A stretch of DNA of 63,603 nt, filler included, from Craspedostauros australis (lineage: Eukaryota), in the NCBI GenBank assembly GCA_030167865.1. It is 10 parts of 10 records of this genome, joined end to end, with 100 filler letters (N's around TTAATTAATTAA, not from the genome) between each part and the next. Parts side by side here need not be neighbours in the genome. Positions count along the whole stretch, not along the records: positions 18,965 to 24,257 come from JALAGF010003896.1; positions 24,358 to 44,215 come from JALAGF010003898.1; 8 more parts are not named here. One strand, 5' to 3'. The notes below the pieces were generated by a model. The model did not search any database. It was given only the letters and a program-made list of their open reading frames with translations, and was not told the origin of the DNA. Position numbers and translations under genes: made by a program. How positions within the stretch are numbered: position 1 is the first letter of the stretch; each line of letters opens with the position of its first letter. Below are positions 23,229 to 35,086 of this stretch, in pieces.

Positions 23229-25665
23229 GCTTGCGTTGCTGCGGGGACTCTCTGCGAGTAGCCGTACGATGGGCGAGAGGCAACACCGGCACGTTCGTCT
23301 CTTCTTCAGTTCTGCCTGCAGAGAGAGCGAGAGAGGGAGAGAGGTGGACTGCGGCACCGCGGCAAAAGCGAAGGACCGTGTGGCGAGATGCGGTGTGATG
23401 CGGTAAGCAAGTGAGGAGGTGAGGCACACAGACTGGAGCGCTGCGGTGTTGTTCAGGAGACGAAACAAGGAAAGCTTTCCCCTCCTCCATTGCGCCTCGC
23501 CTTTGTGTTGTTCTCTGCGTCTCCCTCTCCTCCACTGTGGCGAAGGGATGGAGATCGTGGAACAAGACCATGCTGTCGACAGAGTTTTCCGCCTTGATTT
23601 CGTCGATGTCTCTATGTCTCCAGCCATGTCTTCCTCCATGTCTCGCCCCTCTCTGTGCAGCTGGCGTTTGTGTCATTCGCACCACAATTACGTCACAACA
23701 AGACCAAGACGTGCCAAGCCCGTTAAACAGCGATTCCAACACCATGACCTTGGACAAAATGAAAGCGAATCACACTTATGAGTTTTTTCTTGGAATGACT
23801 AGCACCATTCCAGTCCTTCAACGTCCACAACACTCCATACGACCTGCACCAAATGCAGAATGGGGTCACGATAGCACTAGTTGTAGAGTTTTGGCCCCTT
23901 GTTGCCACTGGTTTGCTTGCTTCTGGGAGCAACGGCGATTGTACATTTAGAGCTATTTCGTGTTGTTCCTCCATGATCCGTCTTCTACGTCACAGGATGG
24001 ATTCGACGTCATGCGAAACCACTCACAACACAAGACGTGAGTGCTTCTCGCAGCACATGGCCCTTGCTTCGCGACACAACGTGATGGCTCCACGACGCAC
24101 ACACCAATCGCGCCGCAACACACGCGGACCGTGCTGCAACACAAAAATAGCGGTCCTCGTCACAAAAATCACATCACTCATCACAAAACACAAAAAAACA
24201 CCCCACACCACACATCACACCACAATCCTCCATGCCATCAAGCAGACGATGCGCACANNNNNNNNNNNNNNNNNNNNNNNNNNNNNNNNNNNNNNNNNNN
24301 NTTAATTAATTAANNNNNNNNNNNNNNNNNNNNNNNNNNNNNNNNNNNNNNNNNNNNGGGCATCCCACCTCTGCATACCACACGTTGCAACTTTGTTGTT
24401 CGGAGTGCAACACGTTGAACCATACCTCGGAGTAACCTTGTTGTCGCGATCTTTTGCGATCTGTCGTGATCTGTCGTGATTTGTCGTTGTACAGCGAGGT
24501 TGGACATACACAGTCCCAGTGCGATGTTGGAAAACTCCGTCGTTGCGCACAGGAAGTGGTCTTCGTTTGTGAATCGCGCACTGCTGTTGTGAGTGTTGTT
24601 GATGGCGTCTATTGTCAGTTGGGGAGTTTGGTTGATGGACGAAGTCCAAACGACACAAAGAGCTCAAGATCGTTGGAGGATTTATTGGACTGGAAAGAAG
24701 TGGGCATAGGCACTGGAGAACAAGAACATGTCTGTCATATTCGTCATGAAACATCCCAAAAGGCGAAGCCAGAGAAGCACTCACAAGGTTGCGTTTGGAT
24801 CGACCACGAACATGTGAAGACGAACCACCACAAGAAAACTGGGGCAAGATAGCCACAACGACCAAAACCGCAACAACATGTCGTCACGGACTGCTCTCTC
24901 TCTCTCTGAACTTCGGCATACACTTCTGCAGCCCCGCCTGAGCCAACCAGCACCATCAGTCGCTGAAAGATGACAGGTGAAAGCAAAACGACCAACATGC
25001 ATTCTGGTTGAGCGCAGCACTCACAGTCCTCGTTCACACATCTGTTCTTCTCTCATGTTGTCCTCGAACTATATACTATGTCTCTAGAGAGTAGCATGGT
25101 GTATGTGCATGGCACAGAACACAGAGTAAAGATGGTGCAGACCACCACGGAACACCTCTGGATACTGCAACATACAATACGTAGAGTGTATCAGTTTCAT
25201 GGCTGATATTGCATCAACATCGTAGGAGTACGGCACTCGCAATGCGCAGGCCCACATCGGCAACGGAGTTGTCTCGTAATCTTATTTGTCTGGACGCATT
25301 CAGCGGTCCGCATCATGGCTGGTGTGACGTGATAAGTTCCAGGAGTCTTGGAGAAGGCAATGTGGTGCGCACTCTCGGTGTTCATTGATTTCAGGCGAAA
25401 CAGCGTCGTGGTTCTGGAGAAGTTGGCACACCCACAGAAGTAAAAGGTCAGGAGCCAATCGCAACCAGCTCCGCTGTGTCGGAGAATAGAAGCCGCATCC
25501 ATGCCGCACCATACTTACTCGTACATAATATGCTTAGATATCACGCATACTCGTACATACGATCAGCAAAAGACGGAGCTTCATGGTTGCGGGCAACGTG
25601 AGGGGGTTGGTACCACACCAAGATCAACTGCAAACCGTAGGTCCGTGGCTTTTTGCTTCTCTCCG

Positions 25666-25731
25666 TCAGTACTCGCATCAGTACTCGCATCAGTACTCAC
25701 ATCAGTACTCACATCAGTACTCGCATCAGTA
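25666..25731. repeat. 12-bp minisatellite TCAGTACTC(G/A)CA x5.5
   Basis: Five full units plus a partial unit; units vary only at one G/A position. Confidence 0.92.
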
Positions 25732-26744
25732 TTCTCGGAGCAACCCAAGTCTGTCCAGAGTGGACTTCTTCATCTGACGACGGACTTCGCAAGCTTAGAT
25801 CAAGACCAGAGCGATGCCATTGCTCGTCTCCGATCTACCTGTACGTCCGAGGAGGGTTGACTTGGTCGTATCAAGACAGGCAGATCGCCAAACTTCATCC
25901 TTGCGATCACAGATCGGAGAGGACGAGTACAAGCCCACTTCTGTGGAGGTACTTGTGCTCGCAGGTACTTGTATGGTGGCTCCGATGTATGGCACTACAC
26001 GAGTATGTGTGTGTACTCCTTCACTGTCGTATGAATCCCCGTGTTTGGAGTGTTCTATGAAAGTCCGTATCCGCATCCATATTCAGTGAACGACGACAGA
26101 ATTGTATCTCTGTTTGGTATGCAGCCTGCGGCATGCAGCCCTTGAAGCCTGAGGAAAGGAAGAGGAGAACGGGAAGCTGCTATGTCCTCGAAGGGTGGAG
26201 GTCACAACCAACAACGGTGGTCAGAAAGAGAAGTTTCTCTGGTTCGCATGTTTGGAAACCAGAGACTGAAGTGTGAGATAACAAGCATTTTGGCGTGACA
26301 CCCAATCGGGACATCAAAGGAGATCGTGCAATATGACAATACAATGCAATTTATGCAACAATGCGCGTGGGCTCCAGCAGAGTACTATGCGAGGTTAGAC
26401 CCTCATGGAAGGAAGAGACATTTCGCCGAACAAGGCAACAACACCGATGTGACCATACAGGGCACCCTTCGCACGCGTCTGCTGCAATCAGTGTTGTCAT
26501 ACCTTGTATCACACAGATCATCGCAACAGCATAGAATAGAATATTAGAATACCATACATTCTCAAACGGCCAGCATTCATATCAATCCAACACCAACAGC
26601 ATCACAAGCGGCAACAAGCGGCTCCGACGTGAGCTACAGAAGACAATAGAGTCGCTGTTCCAAGGCAATGATTGACTTTGGGTCTGAACTGAAGAGTGGC
26701 AGTCTTCGAGGAAGTAGCGGAAGTGTCAGACGCCCCATGTAAAC

Positions 26745-28589
26745 ATGATGCGACGTTCCCATACACCTCCACCTTCGGCGACGGCGACAGCTTCCGCAGC
26801 ACCGTCATCGTCGTCAGCGTGGGCTGTCTCAGCTTCTTCTTCTGCGCGAAATGCACTGAGAGACAACAAGGGGGTTGGGGTGCCAAAGAATGATGGCCCA
26901 TTGCGCTGCCTTGGACGAGCGGAGCGCTCCAAGTTGGTGCTGGGCGTATCCGTGCTATGCTTGGTAGTTGTGGGCTGCTTCATCGTTGGGGGGATCTTCG
27001 TATCGTTCACTCAAATTGGCTCCAATAGACATCATGAAAAGCCACCAGCAGGAGCATCGAATTCCGTATCCCATCTCGCGAACGGCTTTCACTTCGCAGA
27101 ACATGGCAACGCAGACAGCAGTCATAAAGCAGAATCTGCTTCATCCAGATCAGCATGGCAACAACAGGGCGACCAGGCGGCGAGACAGAAAATGCCACCT
27201 CCTCCATCCGCGTCGTCATCGTCGGCCGCTCCACCTTCGAAGCATCCACTCAGAATACACTACATTGTCACATCCATGCACGAATTCGAAACGGGCAAAC
27301 GGGGCACCCAGAAGGGACAGGATCGGTACCAAAACACCATCATTCCTGTCGTCACGGAGAACGTCCGCAGCATGATCCAAACGGGGTATACCGTGGATGT
27401 CACCTTCATCAGCGATTACACGTTGCCACCACAACGTCAGCATCTGTTGCAGCAGTCCCTGGCCCCCTACTCCGTTCATCTCACATTCTGGGGCGACGCC
27501 ACGCCGGTCGGATACAAGATGGAGGATGTGAGCAAGGAGCATGCCGCGCAGCATATCACGCGCGGGTTGGCGCGACAGCATCGATTCGTCATCAAGGATC
27601 GATTGCAGCACTACGACTTCTTCGCGTGCTTCGAAGATGACATGGTGGTCAAAGGTGCCACAATCCGTCACTACGTCGACATGGAGGCGGAGATATACCG
27701 ACTGCGACAGCTGGCGCACGATACGGCACCGAATCCCATCGTGAAGCTGCCGGCAGAAGTGCGACGCCAGTTCGGTGATCGATTCTTCGGGACTTTGACG
27801 AAGGAGCAGCTGAAGCGCGTCATTCCTGGTTTTATTCGTGTGGAGGTGCTGCTGGATGAGGACGCGTACGGTGCGCAAGAGGAGCTGGATCCCGTGCCCG
27901 TCACGGATCGCCCGCAGATCGACCCCAATCCATGCTGCAGCATGCAGGATGCCAGTGAGACGAGGCCGGCATCACCGCGATCCGATCAGCTCGTGCTGTG
28001 GGAGACCAACATCAAGGCGCTGGGCGTCCGCCGCATGCCGCCTGCTTCGAAGCTCTTCGATTGGGTGCTGCTGCAGCGCGGGCCGCGCTATTTCGATTGG
28101 GAACTGTACATCGCCGACTACTGGTCCAACCGACATAACAAGTACTACTCGGGTGCAGAGCGTCCCGACGAGAAGGAGTTTCTGTACATCAACAACCAAG
28201 GTGGATGGATGGCAACGCGGCGGCAGATCTGGGAATGGCACACGGATGTGTGTTTGGGTGGATTCTTGCCGCCCTTCGATGCGCCGGATTTCCGTTATGA
28301 TGGTCTGGACATGCGCAACGTGGAGTACTGGAGCGGCGCCTTGCAATTGTTCACGAGAGAACACGGGTGCAACCTGCAACGCATCATCAGCCTGAACCCG
28401 GATCACGTCGCCAAGCAGCTGCTGTACCATTCGTCGAACAACAAGCAACGCCAATTGCACAAGCGACGGTTTCAGATTGTCAAGGTGAATGACCTCTTCG
28501 GGCAGTTGAATACGGTGCAGCAGGATGCCAACCAAATGATGGATTCGTTCATCCAGACTGTGCAACAGTATTGGGCCAAAGCACAATAA
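26745..28589 (+). CDS. Type II membrane protein, putative GT-A-like glycosyltransferase of unknown family
   Basis: 614-aa intronless ORF with strong coding bias; single N-terminal TM (LVLGVSVLCLVVVGCFIVGGIFV), stem region, then YDFFACFEDDMVV (EDD acidic motif), PGFIRVE, NNQGGWMATR. Confidence 0.7.
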   Translation: MMRRSHTPPPSATATASAAPSSSSAWAVSASSSARNALRDNKGVGVPKNDGPLRCLGRAERSKLVLGVSVLCLVVVGCFIVGGIFVSFTQIGSNRHHEKPPAGASNSVSHLANGFHFAEHGNADSSHKAESASSRSAWQQQGDQAARQKMPPPPSASSSSAAPPSKHPLRIHYIVTSMHEFETGKRGTQKGQDRYQNTIIPVVTENVRSMIQTGYTVDVTFISDYTLPPQRQHLLQQSLAPYSVHLTFWGDATPVGYKMEDVSKEHAAQHITRGLARQHRFVIKDRLQHYDFFACFEDDMVVKGATIRHYVDMEAEIYRLRQLAHDTAPNPIVKLPAEVRRQFGDRFFGTLTKEQLKRVIPGFIRVEVLLDEDAYGAQEELDPVPVTDRPQIDPNPCCSMQDASETRPASPRSDQLVLWETNIKALGVRRMPPASKLFDWVLLQRGPRYFDWELYIADYWSNRHNKYYSGAERPDEKEFLYINNQGGWMATRRQIWEWHTDVCLGGFLPPFDAPDFRYDGLDMRNVEYWSGALQLFTREHGCNLQRIISLNPDHVAKQLLYHSSNNKQRQLHKRRFQIVKVNDLFGQLNTVQQDANQMMDSFIQTVQQYWAKAQ

Positions 28590-28730
28590 ACCAAAGTATG
28601 GACCATTGGGGGAAGTGATTGGGATCATTCAAGCACACAATTTAGTACTAATACTATGGCATTATCATACCGTTATGATATTCATGGTCTTCAAAATCGT
28701 CACAAACATCTGACGTTTGGGGTGTTCACT

Positions 28731-29939
28731 TCATGTTGCTCCGGGCGGATGATGCAACGAAAGTTGGATGGCACCACCGGATCCGCAGTAGGCATCCAAG
28801 ATCATCGACGGCTGTTGGCCTGTTGGTTTGATGGTCTTTGCAATATCGCCGTCGCCGTTGCTGCTGGAAAGCGCGGTGGCTGATGTTTCGGCGGTCGATG
28901 CTGTCGCGCACTGATTCGCCGTGGTCGTCAGCAATCTCGTGGACGCACGACCGCCAGTCGTCCCTGAACTTTCATTGGATAAGCTCGTGGCTGTTGCGGT
29001 GGAATGGGTGGACGACGAGAACGATTGTCGTCCGCGATTCGTCGAATCTTGGGTGGTGGCGTTGCGTGATGACCCATCCAATGGCTCATCATTTGGAAGT
29101 GCGTTCCTTCCATCTCGATTTCCGCTGTGGGAAGCGTCCGCGCTGTCACCTGGCTTGGCATCTTTCGTAAGCCGATGATGGACACCGAGCTGGCCCAGGA
29201 CGAGCTGCACGTTCTCGTCCGTGTACGGCAGCGTCTCCAATTCAAACCGACACGTGGGACACGTGGGGTTGCGCTTGAGCCATGGCAAGACGCATTCGGT
29301 GGAATGGTACAGATGTCCGCACGGCAATCGCGTCACGAGCGATCCCGGACGCATCTCGTCGGCGCAGATGAGGCATTCGAACGAGCCTCTGCGATGTTCC
29401 GGAATCTGCTTGAATCGCAGATGCAGCAAGCCGCAGACGATCCTCTTGTGCGAGTGGTCGGCGCACGATGGTGATGTCCGGGATGCCGTCGATGCGGTCG
29501 ATGAATGAAGGGATGATCCTGCCTCATCGCTGTTCGTCGAAAATTCTGATGGTTCGAGGGCTTGTCCGCGACGATGACGCTGATGTTGTGGAAAGAACAT
29601 GCGCGACATCATTGACGGCAACGACGGCAATTGGAATCGGCGATGCTGTTGGTAGAGTGTTGGTGCAAGTGATGGCGTCGGCGCCGATGTAGACGATGGA
29701 CGCCGTTGCTCTTCGATGGTCTGTGGCCCTGCATTGTGAGCATCATTGCTGATGTCATTGTTGGTGTTGGATGACGGCGCATTGCGGAAGTTCAAAAGGC
29801 GGCGGATGATCCTGCGACCGCCTCTAGCAACAACACTGCTGCTGCTGCTGCTGCTGCGACGACGGGAAAGACCAATGTTCGGCCGATCCTCATTCGACAC
29901 ACTCCCGTGCTCTTGACCATCATGTTCATGGCCACTCAT
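28731..29939 (-). CDS. RING-H2 E3 ubiquitin ligase
   Basis: CLIC..LPCGHLYH..CVLPWLKRNPTCPTCRFEL = C3H2C3 RING; first in-frame ATG at 29939; flanks are low complexity. Confidence 0.85.
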   Translation of the reverse strand: MSGHEHDGQEHGSVSNEDRPNIGLSRRRSSSSSSSVVARGGRRIIRRLLNFRNAPSSNTNNDISNDAHNAGPQTIEEQRRPSSTSAPTPSLAPTLYQQHRRFQLPSLPSMMSRMFFPQHQRHRRGQALEPSEFSTNSDEAGSSLHSSTASTASRTSPSCADHSHKRIVCGLLHLRFKQIPEHRRGSFECLICADEMRPGSLVTRLPCGHLYHSTECVLPWLKRNPTCPTCRFELETLPYTDENVQLVLGQLGVHHRLTKDAKPGDSADASHSGNRDGRNALPNDEPLDGSSRNATTQDSTNRGRQSFSSSTHSTATATSLSNESSGTTGGRASTRLLTTTANQCATASTAETSATALSSSNGDGDIAKTIKPTGQQPSMILDAYCGSGGAIQLSLHHPPGAT

Positions 29940-30646
29940 GTTGCCGCTGCGATAATAACGTTGTGACGATGGATCAGACGGCGATGCCAATGCTGCTGTT
30001 GTTTTGTGCGTTTTCACTTTCACTTGCGGTGATGTTGTGTGATGTTGTAGGAATGATGGTCACTGCCTTGTGCAACATGGAAGGGGTGGATGACAACGAC
30101 AACGACCACCACCGCCATCGGCATTGGTTGTTACGTCATCATTCGTTTGCGCCATCATGTGCGTGTGCGTGTGCGTTGGGGGGAGAAACAACGGAAGGTT
30201 TGGAAGGTTCGGACTTCTTGGGTCGGAGGTTCGGTTTCGAAAGAAATGTGGACAGGGAGCGTCTTTTGCATGCCAGACATTCCAAATGACTGTTGTTCCG
30301 GTCTCAATTGACATCATGTTCTGTCGCTGTGACATGTCAACAGTCGTTTGGGCCTTGAGACACGTCGCTTCTCAATGTGGATACCGTTCGAAATGGTGGT
30401 ACCTCGTCCATGATACCATTCTGCTGAAAGTCGAAGACAAATCCTACGCAAGCGAAGATAGGAAGGCAACACACCAGTATGACCTAGTTGTGAATGGCCG
30501 TTGCAAAAGCGTTGTTGCAAGTTGTTTGGTTCGGATAGCATACGAGCTAGGAACCGCACTGCAATTCGGCATTTCCATCTAGCCTCTGTTTCCACTAGAA
30601 ATGCGCTGGCAGTGCCGGCTGTTGTCCTTGTATAACAATATGATGT

Positions 30647-33600
30647 TTAAGATGCATCTGTCAGCACCGATACGTTGTCCTCCTCCTCTGCCGCCTCCTG
30701 CGTTTGGGAGTTGTGCGAACCTCCGGCAGGATTCTCCTCATCGATGCCATCGGCCATTGAGACTGTCTGGGACACAGATGATTCGGCCCCGATGCTCATG
30801 GATCCCATCCTCAGCCTGGTCGGCGTGTAGGTGGACAGCACCTCCAGTTTCTTGTTGCGCGTCAATGACGACGTGTCACCTGACACGATTGATCCGCACG
30901 GCGCAGCCGGGTTGCTCCCAGGAGTGCCCCCCTCGGGTGTGCTCATTGGCCGATGCCTGCTGCGCAGCTTCGTCCTTCGAGCGTGCGACTCAGCGCCCTC
31001 CGCGAGGTACTCGGCGCGGCGTTCTTCGATATCTTTCACCTTGATGACGCATCCCCATTCCTTGTAGAAGTCCCGAGCCTGGATCAGGTAGTCACCGGCC
31101 TGCTTCTTGTCACAGGGGCCATGGGTGACGTAGTATTCTCCCGCAAGTTCGCAAGCAACGGCAGCGTCGTGGATTTGGCCAGATCGCGATGCCATCATGA
31201 TGGCGACATCGTATGCGTTCTTGGCGCTGGGATGGATCACGCCATTCTTATCGGCTCTGGAATGCCGTCTCATCTTGGCCGCCTTTCGGATGCCCACCTC
31301 CTCGGCTTCCAGCACCAAGGCGTAAGGCGTGGCGTTGGGCCCCTTGACCCTGATCATGGTCTTCAGATCGGTCAGATGCTTGCGCAGGATCTTGATGTAC
31401 TTGCGCTGCCCCGTCTCTCGGAATCGGCCAGCTGCGATGATCCCCATCGAGAATGCGCGGTCTGTGGCGGCTCCGAAGTTTTGGTCATGGGCGCTGTACT
31501 TGAACAGGAGCTTGGCAAATTGCTCTGCCAGCTCGTACTTGTGGAAGATAGTCGCCAGATACGTGAATCCCATGTACCGTATAGAGCGATCGTACGTCTT
31601 GGATGGATCCGGTTTTCTAACGCTCATGTCTTCGTCTGCCTTTTCCTTCATCTTCGACCAGTCAAGTGGCAACCGGCCTGTCAAATGAAGCAGCAGCCTG
31701 TAGAACTCGGATGTCATGCCAGTCTGCGATGTCACCCTGTACATCTTGTAATTCTGCGAGATCAGTTCTGTCACCTTGACCAGAGGTTCCAGTTCGAAGC
31801 CGGCAAAGTAGGCTTGGAGGTTGCAGCTTTGCCAGCTCAGGAACCCGATTTCGAACTCGCCGGCCTCCATTGCGATCGTGTATCCCTTGCGGGACTGATG
31901 GATGGTGTCGGTCATGGGCTTGCTGAACGGGTAGATGTAGTTCGATGTGATCAGGTACACCCAACCAGCCCTCGTCTTCCCGTTGGTGCGTTCCAGTATA
32001 CGATGGGCAATGTCAGCGCACCGAACGGCCTGATCTTGGTCGTTGTTGGCGGAGAAGAAGATGCCCAGGCTGGCAAAGGCCATCGCGGAATCTTCACACA
32101 GGCCGTGCTCAATCGCCAAGCGGATGAGTTTGCAGATATGGACGACCCACTTGAGGATGGACTGCGTCATGAAGGCCCGGATGCCGACCTCGTTCAGGAA
32201 TCTCATGGCGACGATCTTGCGGTACTCCGTCTTGATGGGAAGGTTGACGATCTGATCATTCGTGTTTTGCTTCAGGAAGGATTTGATGAAGCGCATGTCC
32301 TTCATGACGTGCCCGATGTAGTACCGTTTCGGGAACTCGCCGAGCTGCCTTGACACGTGCACGCTCATCGACAGAGCCTCGACGTGCTTGTCTTGCCTGC
32401 CCAGCGCGCGAACCATCGACAGGTACGTGGGCAGCTTCTCGTCGAGCGTCTTTGCATGGTTGATGACTTCCTGGCCAAGGCCGTATCCCGCATCGAAGTG
32501 TCCCAGCGACAGCTCGGTGTCCGACCGGGAACGGTAGAGGCGCAAGCACACCTCGTAGTGCGTCTTCCACGGTTCCCTGACCCTCTTGAGAGCGTTGGCT
32601 GCCTTCTGGAGGTACCCGGCCGCGGATCCCAAGGCCGCGATCTTGAGCGCGCGTTCACCGACCTCCAAATTCAGCGACGCGATGAACATGTGGTTCTTGC
32701 TGGGGACGCTGTTCAAATGGTCTGCCGCAACGAAGAGGAGGCTGTCGTCTTCCTCCGTCTCGATCGCGGTGATGACGAATTCGTGACTCTTGGTGCATTC
32801 CATCTGCATGCTGGACGTGCGGTTTGACGCTACGCTGCGACGGTACGTGTCGAGGAGGCAGTGACCAACGCGCAGACGCAGCTTGTCTCGCAGCTCGCCG
32901 TAGGGGATGGTGCCATGCGCCGCCTGCTGGATGCGATCGTGAGCGAATCGGTAGGTGTTGTCCCCGATCGGGTTGAAGACGAGCTGTTCCAGCACCGCCT
33001 TCTCTAGCAGACGGGAGAGGTAGTTCTTGTTCCTCGGCCTGTTGTTCTTGAATCCGCTCTTGGCCCTCGTTGCATCATCGTCCATGGCGAAGACACCGGA
33101 GACGTTCGAAAGCTCGTTCTCCACAACTGAGTGCAGGGTGTTGAGATCGAAGTTGGATCTGATATAGGCCGCGAGGCACATAACGTGTTGCAAGTCTCGC
33201 GGTAGATCATGCAGCTTGGCTTCGATGGCGCTGACGATGTTGTCGCTGATGGGCAGTTCATGCGTGTGGTCGATGTTCCATTCCCACTGGAATGATATCC
33301 GGCTGTACACCAAGATGTTCTTGCGCTCCAGCTCTTCGAGCGCATGGATGGTGAAGTAGGTGTTGCCGTGAGTCTTCGCGTAGATCTTGGTCGCCAGCGG
33401 CTTGATATCCTCCTTGCTCCGATCCAGCAGGGTCGACAGCCAACACGTTGTGTCGTGCAGCGACAGGTTGCACAAGGAGAGCTGCTCGAGCTTCTTGCAG
33501 GGCGCAGGCGAATTGCATGTGGGACCATCAGAGCTCGTTGCGGACGCCTCCAGACCGCTCGTCATGGTGGTGCCGTACGAGTTGCGATCGTCTTGCATCG

Positions 33601-35086
33601 CCTGCTGCTGCATGGAACTGCCCTCCAAGCGATCAAGGAACGATACACGCAGAGGAGCGTCAGGATTGAGCTCCATAACTTCGTTGTTGTGCGGGTTGGT
33701 CTCCTGACGGATCGAACCAAGGAGCAGGAAGCTGTGGAGCTGGGGGTCGCCGACGAGGCTGGCGAGCAGCTCCAACCCCACCGCGGAGGACCACTGCAAG
33801 TCATCGAGGAACATGTAGACGGGCTTTTCAGGCGTCGATATGGCCTTGGTGAATTGGATGAAGATATACCGCAGCTTGTTCCAAGAGTTCTCCGTGAGCT
33901 TGGTCGTCGCTCGTTCTGACTGCGACATTGCTGCGGCAGCTTGGGAACTGCCTTGGCGCGAGTTGGTGGAGTACGATGGGCCTGTGCGAACGCTGGATTC
34001 GGAACCTGGCAGCAGGATGGAGAGTGACGGGACGACGGCAATCAGAGCGGAAAGGACGGAGGCGGATTCATCGTCATCGTCAGCCTTGTTGCTGGCATCG
34101 AGGCTGGAGCCTGTCGTGCCGTCTTCATCATCAACGATGCTGCTGACGAAGGCCTCCCGGATGCTGCAGCGAATGCGTTCCAACTCGGCCTTGGGTCCAT
34201 TCCGCAGCTGCGTGGAGAAGTCGTTGAGTGCCTGCACGATGGCCGAGAACGGATCGCTGGTGCCCGTGTATTCATCGCACTTGCCATGCAGCACGTAGCA
34301 GCAGGAGCAATGGGATGCTCTTTGGTCGATGGAGGATCGAGCGGCACGGTTGTTGCGTCTCGTATTGCCGCACGTGCAGCACGATTCGAGGAATTGCTCG
34401 ACGAGCCTGGACTTGCCAGTGCCGCTGATGCCCCAGATCAACGCGGCCGGGTAGCTCTGACTCTGCGCACACTCGCGTGCATACATATCTGCGTTGTCAT
34501 GCCTCCTGTCGACAGAATCCGAGATCGAAACCGTTGTTCTGGGCGTCGTGATCGCGGCATTTGTGTTAAGGTTGATGTTGATGTTGGCGCTGGCATGAGT
34601 GTTGCCGTTGCTTGTCTGAGAAGACGTTCGATTTCTGGCGTTGCGCAAGATCCCTTTGCGTGGCTCAGTGCTGGTTTTGGCATCGTGGCTGGCGGAAGGA
34701 GGTTGCTGCTTCCGCTTCTTGCGACTGGATGAAGGTTGCTGCGCCATGATGCGATCCCGGATTGCTTGCAGCTGTCCCAGCTCTTCGCTTCGACCGAAGA
34801 ATTCCAACGAGGTTGTGGTGGGCGATGAGCCATAGCCGTCGGCATCGTCGGCGCCGCAGCACAGGTCGACCACTTCATCATCATCATCATCATCCGTGCC
34901 GTGCGGGTTCTCGTAGCAGGTGGCGATGGGACCTGCCAGGCGTGACGATGACGCTGCCAAGGAGGTTGGGAGATCAGGCGCATTGCGTTCTTCCTCGGTG
35001 TATCCATCGTCATAGAACTCTCTTCCGGATGACAGCGCGGGGCGGTTCAGAGAGCTGTTGTGGTGCTGTTCGAATAGAGACGTCAT
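30647..35086 (-). CDS. STAND-class P-loop NTPase (SWACOS/COG3899-like), paralog C, complete
   Basis: FFGRSEEL, GISGTGKS, MFLDDLQW, THGNTYF, YRFAHDRIQQAA, EWG; intronless, about 1480 aa. Confidence 0.92.
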   Translation of the reverse strand: MTSLFEQHHNSSLNRPALSSGREFYDDGYTEEERNAPDLPTSLAASSSRLAGPIATCYENPHGTDDDDDDEVVDLCCGADDADGYGSSPTTTSLEFFGRSEELGQLQAIRDRIMAQQPSSSRKKRKQQPPSASHDAKTSTEPRKGILRNARNRTSSQTSNGNTHASANININLNTNAAITTPRTTVSISDSVDRRHDNADMYARECAQSQSYPAALIWGISGTGKSRLVEQFLESCCTCGNTRRNNRAARSSIDQRASHCSCCYVLHGKCDEYTGTSDPFSAIVQALNDFSTQLRNGPKAELERIRCSIREAFVSSIVDDEDGTTGSSLDASNKADDDDESASVLSALIAVVPSLSILLPGSESSVRTGPSYSTNSRQGSSQAAAAMSQSERATTKLTENSWNKLRYIFIQFTKAISTPEKPVYMFLDDLQWSSAVGLELLASLVGDPQLHSFLLLGSIRQETNPHNNEVMELNPDAPLRVSFLDRLEGSSMQQQAMQDDRNSYGTTMTSGLEASATSSDGPTCNSPAPCKKLEQLSLCNLSLHDTTCWLSTLLDRSKEDIKPLATKIYAKTHGNTYFTIHALEELERKNILVYSRISFQWEWNIDHTHELPISDNIVSAIEAKLHDLPRDLQHVMCLAAYIRSNFDLNTLHSVVENELSNVSGVFAMDDDATRAKSGFKNNRPRNKNYLSRLLEKAVLEQLVFNPIGDNTYRFAHDRIQQAAHGTIPYGELRDKLRLRVGHCLLDTYRRSVASNRTSSMQMECTKSHEFVITAIETEEDDSLLFVAADHLNSVPSKNHMFIASLNLEVGERALKIAALGSAAGYLQKAANALKRVREPWKTHYEVCLRLYRSRSDTELSLGHFDAGYGLGQEVINHAKTLDEKLPTYLSMVRALGRQDKHVEALSMSVHVSRQLGEFPKRYYIGHVMKDMRFIKSFLKQNTNDQIVNLPIKTEYRKIVAMRFLNEVGIRAFMTQSILKWVVHICKLIRLAIEHGLCEDSAMAFASLGIFFSANNDQDQAVRCADIAHRILERTNGKTRAGWVYLITSNYIYPFSKPMTDTIHQSRKGYTIAMEAGEFEIGFLSWQSCNLQAYFAGFELEPLVKVTELISQNYKMYRVTSQTGMTSEFYRLLLHLTGRLPLDWSKMKEKADEDMSVRKPDPSKTYDRSIRYMGFTYLATIFHKYELAEQFAKLLFKYSAHDQNFGAATDRAFSMGIIAAGRFRETGQRKYIKILRKHLTDLKTMIRVKGPNATPYALVLEAEEVGIRKAAKMRRHSRADKNGVIHPSAKNAYDVAIMMASRSGQIHDAAVACELAGEYYVTHGPCDKKQAGDYLIQARDFYKEWGCVIKVKDIEERRAEYLAEGAESHARRTKLRSRHRPMSTPEGGTPGSNPAAPCGSIVSGDTSSLTRNKKLEVLSTYTPTRLRMGSMSIGAESSVSQTVSMADGIDEENPAGGSHNSQTQEAAEEEDNVSVLTDAS

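Noticed and set aside
25666..25731. CRISPR-like array
   Set aside because: Head-to-tail 12-mers without spacers, eukaryotic context, no cas genes.
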